NCBI GenBank assembly: GCA_951406725.2 | Contig: OX597821.1 | Coordinates: 111,476,001 to 111,540,000 of the forward strand | DNA: 64,000 bases | Source: Octopus vulgaris | Lineage: Eukaryota | Direction: 5' to 3' | Shown: positions 58,170 to 64,000 of the stretch, one piece after another | Layout of the letters: the number at the start of each line of letters is the position of its first letter | How positions within the stretch are numbered: the stretch's first letter is position 1 | Position numbers and translations under genes: made by a program | The notes under the pieces: model-generated | Seen by the model: only the letters and a program-made list of their open reading frames with translations | Told to the model about the DNA's origin: nothing | The model's database searches: none

Positions 58170-58210
58170 CTATTAAAAGCTCGTAACTTTATGTTGTCGA
58201 CATTAAATAA

Positions 58211-58604
58211 CTAGCAGTATCGCCCGGCGTTGCTTGGGTTTGTAAGGGAAATAATTATATAAGCATTTTTAGAGATGTAAAGTATAATAGCCATCTCAAT
58301 ATGGCTAACCACAAAGGGGGAGGGTGTTACTGTAGCTTTTTACGTTCTGAGATTTAATAATAAATTTTAGAGAGTTACTTCCCTTATATATGTCAAAAAT
58401 GGATTAAAAATGGGAAAAATTGATGGTAATTTTTTTTAAAAATCGTAGACTCATCGTAGACGCGCGCTAATACCCAGACGGTCTCGATATGAATCACGAC
58501 TATAAGATACCCGGTTTTGGTTAAACTGCACCGCAAAATGTGGGAGTAGTTAGGAATCTAAATCGTAGGAGACAGACACACAACCTCACTTTTATATATA
58601 AAGA
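58211..58604 (-). mobile_element. Non-autonomous Helitron inserted into another repeat
   Basis: Reverse complement of 53894-54290 with TC and CTAG ends at an AT site; the flank 58605-58670 matches the reverse complement of 52970-53040. Confidence 0.9.
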
Positions 58605-58764
58605 TTTCCTCTATTTACATAATATTGAGGTCTCTTTCTTTCTTTTGTTATCTTACTGTTTTTACCAATATACATATATATATATATAAATATATATATA
58701 GTTACAGAGATGTACTTGCATAGCAAGTGACTTGATCTGAGATCGTGTGCTGGAACGAAAACAG

Positions 58765-59023
58765 TTGCAGCGTTGAAGGTGTTTATAAGCCATTTAAGAA
58801 ACACACAAAAACCGTTAGATTCACTTCAACATTTAAATTTAATTTGTCAAAATATTTTCGTCGCTTTGAGACCGCGACCTGTTAGCACGATATTTTTGTC
58901 AGTGAACAGGTCGCGGTCTCAAAGCGACGAAAATATTTTGGCAAATTAAATTTAAATGTTGAAGTGAATGTAACGGTTTTTGTGTGTTTCTTAAATGGCT
59001 TAGAAACACCTTCCAGGCTGCAA
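58765..59023. repeat. Long inverted repeat (arms ~119 bp, 21-nt spacer) with hammerhead-like topology
   Basis: 58765-58883 is the reverse complement of 58905-59023; TGTCA-GTGAACA-g-GTCGC..GCGAC-GAAA-ATAT-TT-TGGCA. Confidence 0.9.
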
Positions 59024-59099
59024 TATATATATACACACATATATATATATGTATGTATGTATGTGTGTATATGTGTATGCATGTATGTGTGTGTGTGTG

Positions 59100-59318
59100 C
59101 GTGTCTGTGCTTGTGATTGTCCTCCACCACTGCTTGACAACGAATGTTGGTTTGTTTACATCCCTGTCACCTAGTGGTTTGACAAAGGAAACAGATAGAA
59201 TAAGTACAATGCTTACAAAAATAAAACTGGAGTTGATTCATTAAACTACAATTCTTCAAGGCATTGCCCCAGCATGGCCACAGACCAATGGCTGGAAAAA
59301 GCAGAAGAATAAAAGAAT
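59100..59318 (+). mobile_element. SINE family B, decayed 3' half
   Basis: GATAGAATAAGTAC..GCCCCAGCATGGCCACAG. Confidence 0.7.
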
Positions 59319-59384
59319 ACATTCTCTGCTTTGGTCTTATGTTCAAGGCATGAGAAAGCTTGAGTTTACATGAGAAGGCCTAAC

Positions 59385-59865
59385 AGACCTGGTAGAAACA
59401 GCAGCCAAATCTCCCTCAAATCACACCTTACTGTCTTATGTATGTATATATATATGAGCCAATGAGGGGGACCTCTACATGGTAGCTAGACCTGGTAGAA
59501 ATAGCAGCCAAATTTCCCCCAAATCACACCTTACTGTCTTATCTATGTATATATGTATGTATGAGCCTATGAGGGAGACCCCTACATGGCAGCTAGACCT
59601 GGTAGAAATAGCAGCCAAATTTCCCCCAAATCACACCTTACTGTCTTATCTATGTATATATGTATGTATGAGCCTATGAGGGAGACCCCTACATGGCAGC
59701 TAGACCTGGTAGAAATAGCAGCCAAATTTCCCCCAAATCACACCTTACTGTCTTATCTATGTATATATGTATGTATGAGCCTATGAGGGAGACCCCTACA
59801 TGGCAGCTAGACATGGTAGAAATAGCAGCCAAATCTCCCTCAAATCACACCTTACTGTCTTATCT
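59385..59865. repeat. 107-bp tandem repeat, about 4.5 copies
   Basis: AGACCTGGTAGAAATAGCAGCCAAAT..GAGACCCCTACATGGCAGCT; ORF starts at 59479, 59586, 59693 and 59800 confirm the 107-bp period. Confidence 0.95.
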
Positions 59866-60465
59866 TTCTGCTACTTGGATATAGGTGTTATATTCGTCGT
59901 AAAAACTTTCCTGTCACACACTCACGCACACGCACACACACACACACGCACCCTCACACACACACACACGCGCACACCCACACACACCCACTCACACACA
60001 CGCACGTTAGCTTACAATTTTATTTATATATTTGCGTGTCTATGTGTTGAAAGAGGAAGTGGGAGGCAGAGTGAAAGAATCACTCACTACAGTAAGTCAA
60101 TTACTTTCATTTTATTCGTTGCCCACTGTGTGTGTGCGTTTGCGTGTGCTGTAAACCAGACTAAGAAAAGCATTTGACACACACACCAGAATGTGAGTTT
60201 TCTGTAAATTTTGCTTAATTGGAGTTTAAATTTTAAAAACTGGACCTGGCATGACGCGATGCATTGTACTCTTAAAAATGCAAGGTAAATTGTAATTGAA
60301 GAAATCCTATATTGTAGATTTGTATAACTCCCAAAGGGAGGCAGATAAAATCTGCCTTTTATAATAAGAGATAATTGTCTCACACTGGATGTTTTCTAGT
60401 TGATCTTACAGATCAATAAACTATATATATGTGTGTGCCCCCGCGCGCGCGCGCGTGTGTGTGTA

Positions 60466-61230
60466 CAGGGTGCGTTGAATAAACTGCCGTCTAAATTACG
60501 CAAAAATAAAAATAGCACTGATATCCGATATTAAGAGATATATTTACCAAAATTGCGTAAAAATATCTTGAAATACTAAAGAATAAATTTATTCAATAAA
60601 ATCGCCATTGGCTTCAAAGAAGACCTCCAGACAACTTCGGAATCTCCTGCAACTCTTCTGGACGGTCTCGTTGTTTAAGTTGGTGACTGATGCCATAATC
60701 CTTGCTTTCAGTTTATCTTTCGTGTGTTACAAGGAGTTGTGTTGGTCTCTCGCTCAATTGAGCACCACACATAATAATCAAGGGGGCTGCAGTCTGGGGA
60801 GTTAGGTGGCCAGATGTTAGGGGTGATGGGGTCGCAGAAATTGTCTGACAGCCATGGCTAGGTTCCCCCATTTGTGTGGCATAGTGCAGAGTCGTGTGTT
60901 GCCAGGCATAGAGTCTTCCAGCAGCCACCCTCTTGACCCAGGGCAGCACTGCCTCCTCTAGGCACTTGATGTAGGCTTCCATGTGGGAGGATGAGGCCGT
61001 GTGGAAGGATGAATGGAGGCATGACGTTGCCATCACTAGTGAGCTTCCGGCGCGAATACCAAGCAGTACAGCATGCCGTTTTCAAATTTCTGGCCGAAGG
61101 AATTGCGTCATGGTGCTGTTTTTCTCACAGGCGGTGTCCAATTGACCCTACTATACTGTGCAATCGACAAAATAATAAACAACCAATGCGCATGCACGAA
61201 ATTAGAAATATAAAATGGAGACAATTTGCC

Positions 61231-61233
<3 letters not shown>
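60466..61233 (-). mobile_element. Internally deleted maT-like transposon
   Basis: TA-CAGGGTGCG...GCCCTG-TA ends; minus-strand fragments SDGNVMPPFILPHGL, LPWVKRVAAGRLYAWQ and WPPNSPDCSPLDYYVW. Confidence 0.85.
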
Positions 61234-61323
<90 letters not shown>

Positions 61324-61700
61324 TATATATATATCACATATATATATATTTATATATAGGATTCCACACAGTTTCTGTCTTTCAGTGAGACTAAACCCGA
61401 AGCATGGCTATTAAGCGATTTTCTTAACCACAGAAATTCCTTGGCCGATGTATTCATACATATTCATGTACATATACATATACATACATATGTATGTATG
61501 TATATATCTTTTTAATTCGTTTATGGTAACGTTAGAGGTATGCAAATAAAACTCCTATTTCACTGACTCTGATGTCAAAAGCATGTGATTTGTGGAAAGG
61601 CGCGTAGCGATGTATTAAATATTTATAAATGCTATACTACAATTATCGTTATTATATGTGTGTGTGTATGTATATATACATATATGTATATATACAAAAA

Positions 61701-61967
<267 letters not shown>

Positions 61968-62801
61968 TACATGTCGAACTAGAAATAAAATGTCATAACC
62001 AGAACAAAACATAAACTACACTAGCATCAACAACTATAAAAACAAACCAACATCAACAACAAGAACAACAGCTGTAACAATAACAAAAACAGCAATTTAT
62101 GTCGGCTGTTATACACTGCTGCCAAAAGAAAATAAGTCCTATACCTGTTAAACGATAATTGTTTGCAGACCTTACGAAGGAGCACGTTACTCTTCGTAGC
62201 CGTGTAAACATTACAACGATATTCTTAATTATTCTATTAGTCGTAAAAGAAAAGTGGGGTGACTTTAGGCTTGCTTCCTTCATACCTTTTTCTGCGAATA
62301 CAAATATAATCCCCGAGGAACCACGGCGCATTAAGAAACCGTTTCCAGTGAGTTAAGATAAATTGGAGAAATCGAACCGAAACGTGCCAAAAGATTTTCG
62401 ACAAAATAGTGAGGAAATGGATTGTGGTGGTGGTGTCGTTTGGAAAGAGAGAGGGAGAGAGAGACTGAGAGAAAGAGAAATCTCGAGAGAGAGAGGGGGA
62501 GAGGGAGAGGGGAAGGGAGAGAAAGGGAGGAGAAAGGATAGCGATGAGGATAAACCTTCAATGAAAGAAAGCTGGTTTTGCAGAGAAATTTCCGAGTTAT
62601 TTTGCTAATATTAAAAATCTTAGTGTGTTAGAAACAAAAAGACGAAAAAGAAATAGGTTTTAAACGTCGGATGTGTTCTATATTTATGTGTTTCTCATCT
62701 CACGTTGTCGTCTGTCGACGCTGGCTGCATACACACAAGCACACACACATATGTGTATATATATATATACATATTTTTCGTATGTCTATATATATATATA
62801 T

Positions 62802-62970
62802 ATAGTTGGAATTTACAAAAAAACCCACAAAAGATGAAGACAGGTGTAAAAACAACAAGTAGGTATATTAGTTTAACGCTAGGGAAGGTGACAAAGTATC
62901 TTACGTTTCGAGCCTACGCCCTTCGACAGAAAGGAACACGAGAAAATAAACAGAGAGAATAAAAAAAAGC
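62802..62970 (-). mobile_element. Family H1 element
   Basis: Minus strand CTGTCGA-A-GGGC-GTAG-GCTC-GAAA-CGTA; similar to 11572-11769. Confidence 0.7.
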
Positions 62971-63857
62971 CTTATTTAAAATTTGGCATGGTGGCAACAA
63001 AGCAACATACATGAAAAAGGAGAAACACACACACACACCCGCACACACACAATAGAGGTAGACATTGTCAAACCCTCATCAGCTGTCGACTAAGTATCAT
63101 CACAATTTTGATACCTTCCGACAATTTTCAATTTGCGGGTGTCAGTAATATAAGCTACTGGGGTACAAATGAGCGGGCATGAGAAGGCAAAATGGGACAA
63201 GCATTATAGCAAGAAAAAGATAAGGTCCCTTGACCGAACGGTAAATAAAGACGATTTAGGAGGAGGACTAGAAACTATATATATATATATATAACGAAAG
63301 AAATAAAGCCGTAACAGAAAAATAAATATTCCTATGTTTAATATAGAGAACGCTTCTGTGAGCAGTTCGCCGCGGCCATATTGTTGATATTCAAAATAAA
63401 AATTCTCTTTATTACAATAATGTGATAATTTCTGTCTAAATTGTAATCACAGAGATAAATAAGATTGGCTGAAGAAGTCGAAAAAGTCCGAACACGTTGG
63501 CTACCCTTCATCAGTCAGCTTTAAAAGCAAAATGCAGCTTGCATCGTATTTGACATAAAAAATATTCTGTCATGTATGTTCAAGTCATCTCCTTTCCTTG
63601 TGTGTTTTTCTTAGATTTTGAACATTCACTAGAAAGGCTTCCGTCTATCAGGAGTTATCAACCATGTTTTACCTATGGATTTTTACCTTTGACTGCTAGG
63701 CTATTCTAGCCATTTGATGTTTTATTGTTTTATAGATGCTTCTATAGAAACTTCTTTCAAAATTCCTATTTTGTTTATCACATACTAACCTGTGTAGGTT
63801 GAACTATGTAAAATGTAAGAGAAAGAAACCTCACCGTTTCTTGCAATAAATACCAAT

Positions 63858-64000
63858 ACTTCTTCTTCTTAGTCCTTCTTGCCCCTTGTGGAGTATAGGG
63901 CCGGTTTCATCGGCGTATAGGTTCCTCACCTGGACAGAACGCCGGTCCGTCGCAGGTGAGCTGCAAGATGCAGGAGGAAAGAGTGAAAGAAAGTTGTGGC
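63858..64000 (-). mobile_element. SINE family C-related 3' part, runs off the window
   Basis: Minus strand GCCACAACTTTCTTTCACTCTTTCCTCCTG matches 20761-20790; (AGA)n tail. Confidence 0.65.

Noticed and set aside
62053-62420. Possible minus-strand exon with AAG|GTATGA donor near 62285
   Set aside because: No recognisable protein and no supporting acceptor; not supportable without transcripts
63465-63520. Further hammerhead candidates (also 17315-17335, 53110-53160, 53680-53720, 63070-63090)
   Set aside because: Only partial motifs; stems or GAAA could not be assigned confidently by eye

Overview
AT-rich eukaryotic (animal) genomic DNA with no supportable host protein-coding gene. It is probably cephalopod/Octopus intron or intergenic sequence, inferred from the SINE families and the extreme microsatellite load. 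Almost all ORFs in the track are translations of microsatellites. The real content is a transposon graveyard: many tRNA-derived SINEs of at least five families, six Tc1/mariner/maT elements (one mariner has both TIRs and TA TSDs), three Helitron derivatives, one long decayed L1/Tx1-type LINE, 3' ends of CR1/L2-like and R4/Dong-like LINEs, and several minisatellites. The most notable unannotated signal is about 15 type-I hammerhead-ribozyme-like motifs (stem I - CTGANGA - stem II - GAAA - short, often palindromic stem III - TH - stem I), five with intact catalytic cores. They sit in short non-coding elements, mostly in (TA)n tracts, often as fold-backs and once as a partial tandem repeat, i.e. 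Penelope-like/retrozyme-type elements. Other highlights are a minisatellite made from a SINE Pol III A-box and a SINE-LINE shared 3' stem-loop with a compensatory base change. All alignments and folds were done by eye; coordinates of decayed elements are approximate.
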